The notes under the pieces: generated by a model
Told to the model about the DNA's origin: nothing
The model's input: the letters and a program-made list of their open reading frames with translations, nothing else
The model's database searches: none
Source of the DNA: a virus
Length of the DNA: 37,745 bases
Virus record (IMG/VR): IMGVR_UViG_3300005882_000006
Strand: one strand, 5' to 3'
In this document: piece after piece, positions 1 through 7,082 of the stretch
Layout: every line of letters begins with the position of its first letter
How positions within the stretch are numbered: position 1 is the first letter of the stretch
Made by a program: the position numbers and the translations under genes

Positions 1-99
1 GTCATCATGCGGCGCAAACGGGAATAGTAACATTTCCTGCTCGATCATAGCACTTATAAAATTATCGGGCAAGCCCTTCTCATTTTTATACATCAAGTC
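1..99. repeat. 99-bp exact terminal overlap, copy 1 (identical to 37647..37745)
   Basis: Direct reading: bases 1-99 equal bases 37647-37745 with no mismatch. The repeat lies inside the terL reading frame, so the window is a circular genome opened within terL. Confidence 0.97.
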
Positions 100-1413
100 A
101 TTAGGTAGCCATATTCTACCATTTTCAAAATCAGGCACTAACCTTCTTATTTTTTCTATCTTTGATAGGCGTTTTTGTCCTTTAGGCGGCAACTCAGTAA
201 TAGGAAAACGATAATTCTCCTCATTCATTTTCTTCTTGATATAATGCTGGTCGCTTGATGGATTTATACCTTCATATCCAACACGAATTGGCTTGCCTGT
301 TAATCCTGACCACTTACGGTGCAAATCAAAAAGCTTTTGCACCCTTTCCGTTGGGTTTAGTCTCTCTCTCAATCCATCAATTAAATACATATTCTGGTCA
401 GGTGACAATGCCCACACCGCCATAGCAGTATAATCGTTATCATTCTTAATTGCATCCTCTTTACCTTCAGCAGGGTCAACCAACATGTAAAGATTACATT
501 CTTTCGGGTCAAAGTCCTTAATATAGAAGTAATTGAAAAACTCTTTCTTAAACTCACCACCGTCTAAAGGCGATGGCTCTTGTAAATACTGACCAGCATA
601 GTTATAACTCCCTAGCTCTCGGCGCTTTTGGTCTAGCACTTCACGGCTAAACCTTTCAGGAAACATCAAATCGCCGTCTTCTAAACGCCACTCCTTACCC
701 CTAATAGAATAGCTATAAGAACGATTGATTGCTTCTGCTGGTAGCTTTAAATGATACCAACCCTCATCCTTTAGTAGCTCTCCCGTTGGGTCATCCTCGT
801 TCAATCTCTGCATATTGAGAATAAACCGCCCTGTTTGCGGGTTGTTAAAACGCGAGAACAATGTACCTCGTATCGTATCAATGCAGTTCTGCCTTTGCAC
901 TTGGCTTGCTGCTTCGTCAGGGTTTAGAGGGTCATCGCAAATCCCTATATCACACCCCTCACCAGTCACTGATGACATGCCTGATGTATAGTAATGGCCT
1001 TGGTCTGTTAATTCAAAGAATTGCTTTTGGTTTTGGTCTTGTTTGATTGCTATATTAGGATAAAGAGATTTATACCAGCTTGAGTTAATAAGCTCCCTTG
1101 TTTTTCTCGTCATCTTACATGCTAGGTCAAACTTAAATGATGTGAGCATAAACTTAACAGATGGGTCTTGACCAAATGCCCATGCTGGGAATGCAACAGA
1201 CGTTGATAGCGTCTTAAGTGAGCGTGGCGGCATGTTTATAATTAGGCGCTTTATCTCCTTATCCCATACTGCTTGCAAATGCTCAGCAATACAGTCTATA
1301 TGCCAATTATGAAGATAATCTATAGACGGCTCTAATGTTGCTACCGCCTTGCCTGTAAATACTGATAGCTTTTGCCTACATAAGGCTTTGAAAGTATCAT
1401 TATCTATAGTCAT
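1..1413 (-). CDS. terL: Terminase large subunit, N-terminal 471 codons (ORF runs off the left edge and continues at 37646..37533)
   Basis: Manual translation of the minus strand from the ATG at 1413 (MTIDNDTFKALCRQKLSVF...) meets no stop down to base 1. It has a Walker-A-like INMPPRSLKT and a Walker-B-like GCDIGICDDP, plus nuclease-half acidic motifs (MLVDPAEG, DYTAM). The start overlaps the stop of the upstream ORF. It is absent from the ORF track because it has no in-window stop. Confidence 0.85.
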   Translation of the reverse strand, partial: MTIDNDTFKALCRQKLSVFTGKAVATLEPSIDYLHNWHIDCIAEHLQAVWDKEIKRLIINMPPRSLKTLSTSVAFPAWAFGQDPSVKFMLTSFKFDLACKMTRKTRELINSSWYKSLYPNIAIKQDQNQKQFFELTDQGHYYTSGMSSVTGEGCDIGICDDPLNPDEAASQVQRQNCIDTIRGTLFSRFNNPQTGRFILNMQRLNEDDPTGELLKDEGWYHLKLPAEAINRSYSYSIRGKEWRLEDGDLMFPERFSREVLDQKRRELGSYNYAGQYLQEPSPLDGGEFKKEFFNYFYIKDFDPKECNLYMLVDPAEGKEDAIKNDNDYTAMAVWALSPDQNMYLIDGLRERLNPTERVQKLFDLHRKWSGLTGKPIRVGYEGINPSSDQHYIKKKMNEENYRFPITELPPKGQKRLSKIEKIRRLVPDFENGRIWLPNDLMYKNEKGLPDNFISAMIEQEMLLFPFAPHDD

Positions 1414-1807
1414 TTAATATTCTTGGTTTTTGCTTACCAAAGGCTTCTCTTGCCGTGCTCAATATATTAAGCGCTGGCTGGTCAAGGTTTGCACATGTAG
1501 GGATATCACGCATAAAGTTAATGACACCTACATTCTCATCTATAGTCCACTTCAAGCCTTGCTCTGCTAATTGCTCTAATTGCCCGCGTATCTCTTTGGG
1601 CACTACTGGTATTGCTTTTGGCTTAACATGGTCTTTCATAGTGGGAGCTTTCTTAACCACCTTCTTATCATGTTTACTCTCACCAGCTTCTAACATTGCT
1701 ATCAAGTCAGCTTTCTTGTCAGTGGGCTTAAATTTAATCCCCTTGTCTTTTAAAGCGCTCCTTAATGCATGTACTGGCAATTGTTCCAATTCTACTGTAT
1801 CGGTCAT
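1400..1807 (-). CDS. Hypothetical DNA-binding protein with SAP/HeH-like N-terminal motif
   Basis: The N-terminus LPVHALRSALKDKGIKFKPTDKKADLIAML resembles a SAP/HeH (Rho-N-like) helix-extended-helix motif and is followed by a Lys-rich linker. The gene sits between terS and terL, and its stop overlaps the terL start. Confidence 0.45.
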   Translation of the reverse strand: MTDTVELEQLPVHALRSALKDKGIKFKPTDKKADLIAMLEAGESKHDKKVVKKAPTMKDHVKPKAIPVVPKEIRGQLEQLAEQGLKWTIDENVGVINFMRDIPTCANLDQPALNILSTAREAFGKQKPRILNDYR

Positions 1808-1816
1808 TTATCTCTC

Positions 1817-2164
1817 CTATACTTCATAACCCATTTTTTTTAGTAACTCTATATCCGCTGGCTTTACATCATTGTCATCTTTATCTACTAAGCGGCGCTC
1901 TTCTTTCTTGGTTTCTTTCCATCCCATTCTGGCCTTACTCCACCATATTAGCGCTGTGGTATCGCCTTCCATTGCTTTGGTGAATAGCCTTTCAGATATT
2001 TGCATGTTAGCTCTTGATGCTGCGTTATCTAACTCTTCCCTATAGTGCTTTGCTAAAGTATCTCTATTTATTCCTATTACTCTTGCTATACTGTCTTGAT
2101 CTATCCCAGCAGCGCTCATACTTTCTACTAATCGTCTCTTTTCATCATTAGGTCTGTGTGTCAT
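1817..2164 (-). CDS. Terminase small subunit (putative)
   Basis: An HTH-like segment IDQDSIARVIGINRDTLAKHY is followed by TTALIWWSKARMGWKE, a pattern typical of small terminases. The gene lies just upstream of terL. Confidence 0.55.
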   Translation of the reverse strand: MTHRPNDEKRRLVESMSAAGIDQDSIARVIGINRDTLAKHYREELDNAASRANMQISERLFTKAMEGDTTALIWWSKARMGWKETKKEERRLVDKDDNDVKPADIELLKKMGYEV

Positions 2165-2194
2165 TATTTTATTATGCCCAAATGTGTTATGTAA

Positions 2195-2506
2195 TTAAGC
2201 ATCTAGCCTATAGTAAAGAGTAGCGCCGCCCTTAACGCCTACATCTAAAGTAGTTGCCCCAGTAGCATCACCTACTACATCCATATAGGTTGTTGTACAG
2301 TCACTATCTACCAATGACACTCTATGGTCTTCTTCGGCTTTAATGATGCAAGTGCGTGTATCTTGGTTTAGCGTAATGCTTTCAACTGTGGTTGATGTTG
2401 TAGCGTCTTGTGTGCGTGCTTTTTGCGCTGATAAGTCTGCGATTGATACACTGCGCGAGTTATTTGTGCCAGTATTACCAAACTCATATATAACGATTGT
2501 ACCCAT
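2195..2506 (-). CDS. Hypothetical beta-rich protein, first gene of the late operon
   Basis: Track ORF with SD GAAGGAG upstream of the ATG at 2506. It follows the terminator and the promoter-like site. Confidence 0.5.
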   Translation of the reverse strand: MGTIVIYEFGNTGTNNSRSVSIADLSAQKARTQDATTSTTVESITLNQDTRTCIIKAEEDHRVSLVDSDCTTTYMDVVGDATGATTLDVGVKGGATLYYRLDA

Positions 2507-2524
2507 GTGTAATTCTCCTTCTGC

Positions 2525-2553
2525 ATTATATTAAACCATTAAGAGGTTTTAAA
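2525..2553 (-). promoter_or_regulatory. Sigma70-like promoter candidate for the late (packaging/structural) operon
   Basis: The minus strand reads TTTAAA-N17-TATAAT (perfect -10), about 20 nt upstream of the 2506 start and just downstream of the terminator. Confidence 0.4.
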
Positions 2554-2573
2554 CAAGTGCTAAAGCTTAGCTA

Positions 2574-2606
2574 CAAAAAAAGAACCCCGCAAGTTAAATC
2601 GCGGGG
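2574..2606 (-). terminator. Rho-independent terminator ending the early-left operon
   Basis: The minus strand reads CCCCGC-GATTTAACTT-GCGGGG followed by TTCTTTTTTT. Confidence 0.75.
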
Positions 2607-2708
2607 TATTAGTTTGAACAGAGTATTACTACTCTACTCTAGGGGAACTTAATTAATCCTTAATGTCATGCTCTGGTGCGCGGGTTAATCTTTTACGGGC
2701 AAGCACTG

Positions 2709-2840
2709 TCAAATCGCAGTCGTCAACGTCTTGTATATTATCCGTTTACCTTCTAAAAGCTCATATTCACCCATACCAACATATTTAAAAACAAATTTCT
2801 GGCCAGAAAAAAACCTTGTTAAGCATTCCCCTATAATCAT
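2709..2840 (-). CDS. Small ORF, 43 aa (MIIGECLTRFFSGQKF...), not in track
   Basis: AGGAAAGGA SD lies 7-8 nt upstream of the ATG at 2840. The ORF starts 27 nt after the Gly-Tyr ORF stop and is the last ORF before the terminator. Confidence 0.3.
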   Translation of the reverse strand: MIIGECLTRFFSGQKFVFKYVGMGEYELLEGKRIIYKTLTTAI

Positions 2841-2867
2841 CTATCTATCCTTTCCTAATATACCGTA

Positions 2868-3143
2868 TTAGCCATAGCCAGAGCCATCGCCATAGCCATA
2901 GCCAGAGCCATAGCCATAGCCAAGGCCATAGCCAGAGCCATAGCCAAGGCCAGAGCCATCGCCATAGCCATCGCCATAGCCAGAGCCATAGCCAGAGCCA
3001 TAGCCAAGGCCAGAGCCATCGCCATAGCCAAGGCCAGAGCCATCGCCATAGCCATAGCCAGAGCCATAGCCATAGCCATCGCCATAGCCATCGCCATAGC
3101 CAAGGCCATTATCTAATCTGTGTTTCTGTTTAATTTTGAGCAT
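2868..3143 (-). CDS. Gly-X dipeptide-repeat protein (12-aa basic leader plus (Gly-X)39-Gly, X = Tyr/Ser/Asp/Leu)
   Basis: Track ORF with AAGGAG SD 9 nt upstream of the ATG at 3143. The start overlaps the end of the upstream gene by 14 nt. Confidence 0.55.
   Translation of the reverse strand: MLKIKQKHRLDNGLGYGDGYGDGYGYGSGYGYGDGSGLGYGDGSGLGYGSGYGSGYGDGYGDGSGLGYGSGYGLGYGYGSGYGYGDGSGYG
2871..3107. repeat. Hexanucleotide microsatellite, 39.5 contiguous units (minus-strand GGC-NNT)
   Basis: Direct reading of plus-strand units GCCATA, GCCAGA, GCCATC and GCCAAG with no spacers. Each encoded residue uses a single codon. Confidence 0.95.
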
Positions 3144-3516
3144 GGGCTTTAGCTCCTTGAATTAATTTAGCCGCTTTATCTGTACACTCAGTAATTGAGT
3201 AATCCTCCACAATAACCTTACGAACAACAACACCCGAAACTTTACTATCATCAGATAGGCCATGATTGCAAACGCCCTCATACCAGCTTTCTGTTTTTAC
3301 AGCAGGCCTGTGATACCACACGCGGCGGCACTCCTTCAAAATACAACCTGTATCGTCTGCTTCCTCCAAATACCCCGCGTTAATGCCCTCATTTCTTGAG
3401 CGAACAATGACATACTTTCCAATCATGTTTTTAAACAAACTTGATTGTGTTTGCTGCCCTCCAATTAGATTTTGCAGGTCTTTTAGTTGTCCAATAGTTA
3501 AATCGTTAATATTCAT
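3130..3516 (-). CDS. Hypothetical protein (128 aa)
   Basis: Track ORF with AAGGAG SD upstream of the ATG at 3516. I cannot name a family for it. Confidence 0.6.
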   Translation of the reverse strand: MNINDLTIGQLKDLQNLIGGQQTQSSLFKNMIGKYVIVRSRNEGINAGYLEEADDTGCILKECRRVWYHRPAVKTESWYEGVCNHGLSDDSKVSGVVVRKVIVEDYSITECTDKAAKLIQGAKAHAQN

Positions 3517-3738
3517 TTTAATCTCCTTTGTTATGAATTTTTATTTACTCAATATAAAAATGGGCGGGTGAAGCTATTTCAACGCTGTGCACTTCACTTA
3601 ACAGGTGTTATGCGCGCCCCTGCATGGTTACACCACAGTCCATGCCCTGCTTTCAACCCCGCCAGCATCTCACCTCTGTTAGGGGCTAGTGTTCTTCTTC
3701 ATTACTCACCTATAGGTATTTGATTTGTTGTTATGTAA

Positions 3739-3987
3739 TCAGCGGGGTAGTGCAAAATATGCTTTTACAATTAAATCCCGTACTCCGTTGTTTTTTAGCA
3801 TCTGATTTCCAAATTTGTTGTATTGTTCTTCATGGTATTTTTTTAATCTTTCAATCCCTTCCTCTGCGCTTACTTTAGACTGATAAATTTTTGGCTGCCA
3901 GAAACCGCCTTTATTGGTTAGAACCAATATTCCCCAAGTGCCCTTATAAGTTTCGATTTCGTCTAGTTCTGGTTTTTCTTTTAACAT
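3739..3987 (-). CDS. Hypothetical protein (82 aa; start moved to the internal ATG)
   Basis: The track ORF begins at a GTG at 4032. The ATG at 3987 (MLKEKPELDE...) overlaps the stop of the upstream 44-aa ORF (ATGTTAA), which suggests translational coupling. Confidence 0.5.
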   Translation of the reverse strand: MLKEKPELDEIETYKGTWGILVLTNKGGFWQPKIYQSKVSAEEGIERLKKYHEEQYNKFGNQMLKNNGVRDLIVKAYFALPR

Positions 3988-4115
3988 GCTACCACCATAT
4001 ATAACATTACTGCTAAGCACATAAGACCGCACATAGCCAGCCCTATATCTTCTCTAGCTTTACGCTTTTTGTTTAAATACTCAGTAGCTGCATTAATTCC
4101 TGATTGTCTGTTCAT
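3981..4115 (-). CDS. Small tail-anchored membrane protein, 44 aa, not in track
   Basis: The product is MNRQSGINAATEYLNKKRKAREDIGLAMCGLMCLAVMLYMVVAC. AAAGGGGA SD lies upstream, the C-terminus is hydrophobic, and the stop overlaps the next start. Confidence 0.4.
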   Translation of the reverse strand: MNRQSGINAATEYLNKKRKAREDIGLAMCGLMCLAVMLYMVVAC

Positions 4116-4188
4116 TTTATTCCCCTTTCGTTATTCTTAATCTACACCACTTTATTTACACTGTAAAGCACTTTTTTATTTTATTTTT

Positions 4189-4800
4189 TTATAGCTTCGC
4201 TCCATTGTAGTAATCATTCCAGCTTATCTTGCATTCACGGCTACCTTGCTCTTTGGGGTTTTTAAGGCTTGCTTTTAGTTTATCCTGAACGCTCTTTGGC
4301 ATCTTCTCAAAGTGCGAGTAATCAGGCTTATGGATTTTTTTCTTCTCTTTTTCTGGTTTCAAGTCCTCAATCGCTTGGTGTAGCCAATTTTCAAATTCCT
4401 CTTCTGGCATTTCTTCTGAAGATTGCCTTAATTGCTCACGTTTTTTCTTTTGCTTTTCAAGTGTTGCGTTTCTTGCTGCAATCAGCTCTGGACTATGTTC
4501 CGATTTATTCTTTGCATCCTTTTCGCATAGTTGCAGTATGTCATGCGGAGTTGGTAGCTCTCTCTTTTCCCGCATCCACTTCATGAATGCCTTGGTTATT
4601 GCATCCCCATCATAGGCATGTAAAACCATTGAGAACCCGCTAACCATGTTTTCTAGGCTGTCAGGTTGCTTACCGTAAGTCTGAAAGATGTCGTAGCTCT
4701 GACGTATCAGCAAAGCTATCGTCTTCAAATTGTGCTTCCTTGGCGATTGCCCTCGCGATTGCTGCGTCTGCACGTTCGGCGTGAGTGAGTTGTTGTCCAT
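4189..4800 (-). CDS. Replication-associated hypothetical protein (start at ATG 4800, or TTG 4728 behind AAGGAAG)
   Basis: Track ORF 4189..4929 trimmed. It overlaps the upstream replication gene out of frame by 131 nt (59 nt with the TTG start). The C-terminal half is a charged K/E-rich coiled coil. Confidence 0.5.
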   Translation of the reverse strand: MDNNSLTPNVQTQQSRGQSPRKHNLKTIALLIRQSYDIFQTYGKQPDSLENMVSGFSMVLHAYDGDAITKAFMKWMREKRELPTPHDILQLCEKDAKNKSEHSPELIAARNATLEKQKKKREQLRQSSEEMPEEEFENWLHQAIEDLKPEKEKKKIHKPDYSHFEKMPKSVQDKLKASLKNPKEQGSRECKISWNDYYNGAKL

Positions 4801-5440
4801 TGCTATTTCCTTTCTTTGGTGCGTTAGGCCATTCAAACGAGTTTCTAAATGCTGCCACATAATCCTTGTATGTCTTTCCGTTGGATTTACAATAATCCTT
4901 AAACTTTTCCAAAAGCCTATGCTCGTCAATCATTAGATATTTCCCAGAAACTCGCTTTTCTGTTAGCCAATCCTGTATATGTAAAACTGACAAATCTTCT
5001 ATACTATTACCTTTACTATTACCTTTACTATTACCTTTACTATTACTTGTCACCCTTGCTTGACCCTTGCTAGGGTCATCTAAGGGTCTTAAATATTCTT
5101 GTTTTTCAAAGTCTTGCGGTATATTGTATTTTTTCAGCTCATCAATAATAGATTTGTGTGCTCTATTATTGTTACGTAAACTTTTTTGTTGGAATTTTAC
5201 AAATGACGGGATAAAAATCGTATTGTCATCTATATAATGGAGTTTATTTGAAAATGCTTCCAAGTCGGATTTGTTTATTTTCACACCTATATGAAAGCTC
5301 ATCGCATCGAAATCTGGTTCTATAATGCCAGCAAATGAACACTCCGCCAACAGGTATTCCCACAAGCATTTATGTTTTGGCGATAGCTTCCTATACCATG
5401 GGTTTCTAAATTTGTCGCTGTCTGTAAATCTTTTTGGCAT
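4670..5440 (-). CDS. Phage replication initiator / replisome-organizer-like protein
   Basis: The N-terminus FRNPWYRKLSPKHKCLWEYLLAECSFAGII...IPSFVKFQQ matches the pattern of phage replisome-organizer N-domains. A (NSKG)n linker separates two domains. Confidence 0.5.
   Translation of the reverse strand: MPKRFTDSDKFRNPWYRKLSPKHKCLWEYLLAECSFAGIIEPDFDAMSFHIGVKINKSDLEAFSNKLHYIDDNTIFIPSFVKFQQKSLRNNNRAHKSIIDELKKYNIPQDFEKQEYLRPLDDPSKGQARVTSNSKGNSKGNSKGNSIEDLSVLHIQDWLTEKRVSGKYLMIDEHRLLEKFKDYCKSNGKTYKDYVAAFRNSFEWPNAPKKGNSNGQQLTHAERADAAIARAIAKEAQFEDDSFADTSELRHLSDLR
5002..5048. repeat. 12-bp direct repeat x3.8 (TACTATTACCTT) inside the replication gene; candidate iterons
   Basis: Direct reading. The repeat encodes NSKGNSKGNSKGNS, and AT-rich sequence lies at 5090..5240. 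Confidence 0.8.
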
Positions 5441-5531
5441 GTCTGCCCCTTTCTGTTTAAAGGGTTAAGGTTGACTGGCCTGTTGAAACAGCAACAGCTT
5501 GCGGGAGGGATCAGCTCACACCAGCCAATTC

Positions 5532-5559
5532 ATATTATACGTGATTAATTCATTGTCAA
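5532..5559 (-). promoter_or_regulatory. Sigma70-like promoter candidate upstream of the replication genes
   Basis: The minus strand has a perfect TTGACA (5554-5559), a 16-nt spacer and TAATAT (5532-5537). A perfect TATAAT also occurs, but only 14 nt from the -35. Confidence 0.5.
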
Positions 5560-5572
5560 CAGAAGATTACAG

Positions 5573-5992
5573 TTAGCTTCTAAGCTCTTCTATTTCAACA
5601 TCGCACCGCCCTCGTAAAAATTCCTTCTCAAAGTGGTGCTCTCTATCTATGCCCATAACCTCAAATGTAGGCCATTTCACAAACTTATAGTTATCGTCTT
5701 TTAAAAGGCCAATACTCACCAAGGAATCAGCCGTGAATTTATGAATGCCAAACCCTACATTGTCCTCATCGAAATCGCCGTTACGTTCCATATAATATTT
5801 TAAATGTAACCTGATAGGGTTTTGAAATTGGTTTTTATTATACAAGCCTAAAGACTTTATATAATCATAGAATATCATCTTAGCATTGTGCTTTTCTCGA
5901 TGATGCCTATTAGCAAATGTATTTGCGTTTAGAGGGTAAGACTTCTTTTTTTTCTTACCAAGAATTATGCGTGTAGGTACTATGAACTTCAT
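5573..5992 (-). CDS. rusA: RusA-like Holliday junction resolvase
   Basis: Size 139 aa. The acidic motifs GDFDEDNVGFGIHKFTADSL and LLKDDNY fit the RusA D-x-D-N / K-x-x-x-D / DD pattern. Confidence 0.5.
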   Translation of the reverse strand: MKFIVPTRIILGKKKKKSYPLNANTFANRHHREKHNAKMIFYDYIKSLGLYNKNQFQNPIRLHLKYYMERNGDFDEDNVGFGIHKFTADSLVSIGLLKDDNYKFVKWPTFEVMGIDREHHFEKEFLRGRCDVEIEELRS

Positions 5993-6116
5993 TTAATTCT
6001 CTTTAAAAAAACATTCACCCCTGAAAGCCCGTTGCTCACTTTGATATATTTTTAGACTTTTAAAAAATGTTTTAAAATATATGTGGATTCTTTCTTTTAC
6101 AACGCAGGGGTAAATC

Positions 6117-7082
6117 TTATATGAGCTTCCCAGTCTGATTTTTTGCGGCCTTTAAATTCTTAACTGCCTGCCTGAAATACGACGGTTTCAACTCAATTCC
6201 CATGCCTTTGCGACCTAGCTCGACTGCGCCATAAACTTCGCTGCCAATACCCATAAACGGCGTAAATACAATATCATCAGGATTGCTCCAAAGATGAATG
6301 CAACGCTCAATCACATCCAATTGCAATGGCGATATATGCTGCTCATCCTTTTCATCCCTAGCACCTCGATATTGTAGAGTTCTAGATTGATTGATATCCG
6401 TCCATACAGGGCTTGCGTAACGCTGCCATACTTCGATTGAATGCCATTTTTTAGCTTCTTCTTCGCTCATGCGTTTAAGCTTGTTTTCTATAGGTTCTGG
6501 AGCTGCACCTTCTCCTATATAATACTCAAATCGTGGGTTGCCTTTACCATTGCCCACTGGCTCTTCATTATCGTTTGGCTTTCTAAATGTCACGATATAA
6601 TCAGCAAGCCCTTGGCCTGAAATTGTACTATCCTTTGACACTTGAGCATGTAAAAGTCTGATAGACTTTGTGCGTTGTTGAGCCACTACAGGATCTTTCC
6701 AAATGCACACCTCGCTTGAGAATATCCAGCCCTTTTCTTGAAATAGCCTGATAACCTCACCCCTAAAGTCACGCATACCTATAAAGCCGTCATGCGTTTT
6801 AGATGTTGGGAGCTGCATACAATGTACGCTTGCCAATCGCCCTTGTTTTGTAATTCTAAGCAATTGCTCCACTATATAGCCGTAATGTTTATAAAATGCT
6901 TCGCCTTCATTATTTGATATATCTCTGTCTGAATTAGAAAACTTATAAAGCCCCTCAAAAGGTGGTGAGTGTATAGAATATCCAATCGAATTTTCAGGAA
7001 TAGCTTTCATAAGCTCGCAGCTGTCTCCTTCATAAATTGCGTATTCTTTCGTTATTTCTTGATTGATTGCTTTTAAATCCAT
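6117..7082 (-). CDS. DNA amino-methyltransferase (N6-adenine or N4-cytosine, beta-class order)
   Basis: The catalytic motif SPPF (IHSPPFEGLY) is near the N-terminus and the AdoMet motif FTPFMGIGSE near the C-terminus. The start overlaps the helicase stop by 10 nt. Confidence 0.8.
   Translation of the reverse strand: MDLKAINQEITKEYAIYEGDSCELMKAIPENSIGYSIHSPPFEGLYKFSNSDRDISNNEGEAFYKHYGYIVEQLLRITKQGRLASVHCMQLPTSKTHDGFIGMRDFRGEVIRLFQEKGWIFSSEVCIWKDPVVAQQRTKSIRLLHAQVSKDSTISGQGLADYIVTFRKPNDNEEPVGNGKGNPRFEYYIGEGAAPEPIENKLKRMSEEEAKKWHSIEVWQRYASPVWTDINQSRTLQYRGARDEKDEQHISPLQLDVIERCIHLWSNPDDIVFTPFMGIGSEVYGAVELGRKGMGIELKPSYFRQAVKNLKAAKNQTGKLI

Noticed and set aside
1-99. Genuine direct terminal repeat of the virion DNA
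   Set aside because: The repeat lies inside the terL coding frame, and its length fits an assembler k-mer overlap. This cannot be formally excluded without read-end data.
861-1829. Plus-strand ORFs 861..1046, 1455..1829 and 1765..1983
   Set aside because: They are antisense shadows inside terL and the small DNA-binding genes and have low-complexity hydrophobic composition. The same applies to track ORFs nested in the 1404-aa, portal, capsid, ssb and ejection genes.
2855-3109. 84-aa Ala-Met repeat ORF (MALAMAMAM...) on the minus strand
   Set aside because: It is an alternative frame of the same hexanucleotide microsatellite. Its start codon lies inside the repeat with no SD. The Gly-Tyr frame has a strong SD, a non-repetitive leader and coupling to its neighbours.
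3556-3690. tRNA or tmRNA-like gene in the GC-rich spacer
   Set aside because: There is no 7-bp acceptor stem followed by a T-arm with a 7-nt loop, no GTTCRA-type T-loop, and the enclosed length of about 100 nt does not fit a cloverleaf.
5534-5559. Perfect TTGACA and perfect TATAAT as one promoter
   Set aside because: The spacer between them is only 14 nt. I re-registered the site as TTGACA-N16-TAATAT, which is plausible.
6026-6116. Long-range hairpin (CCCCTGCGTTG ... CAACG..CAGGGG) plus T7 as a terminator after the methylase gene
   Set aside because: The loop is about 65-70 nt and the stem is bulged, so it is not a convincing intrinsic terminator. It may hold a weak promoter for rusA (TTGTAA ... 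TATTTT).
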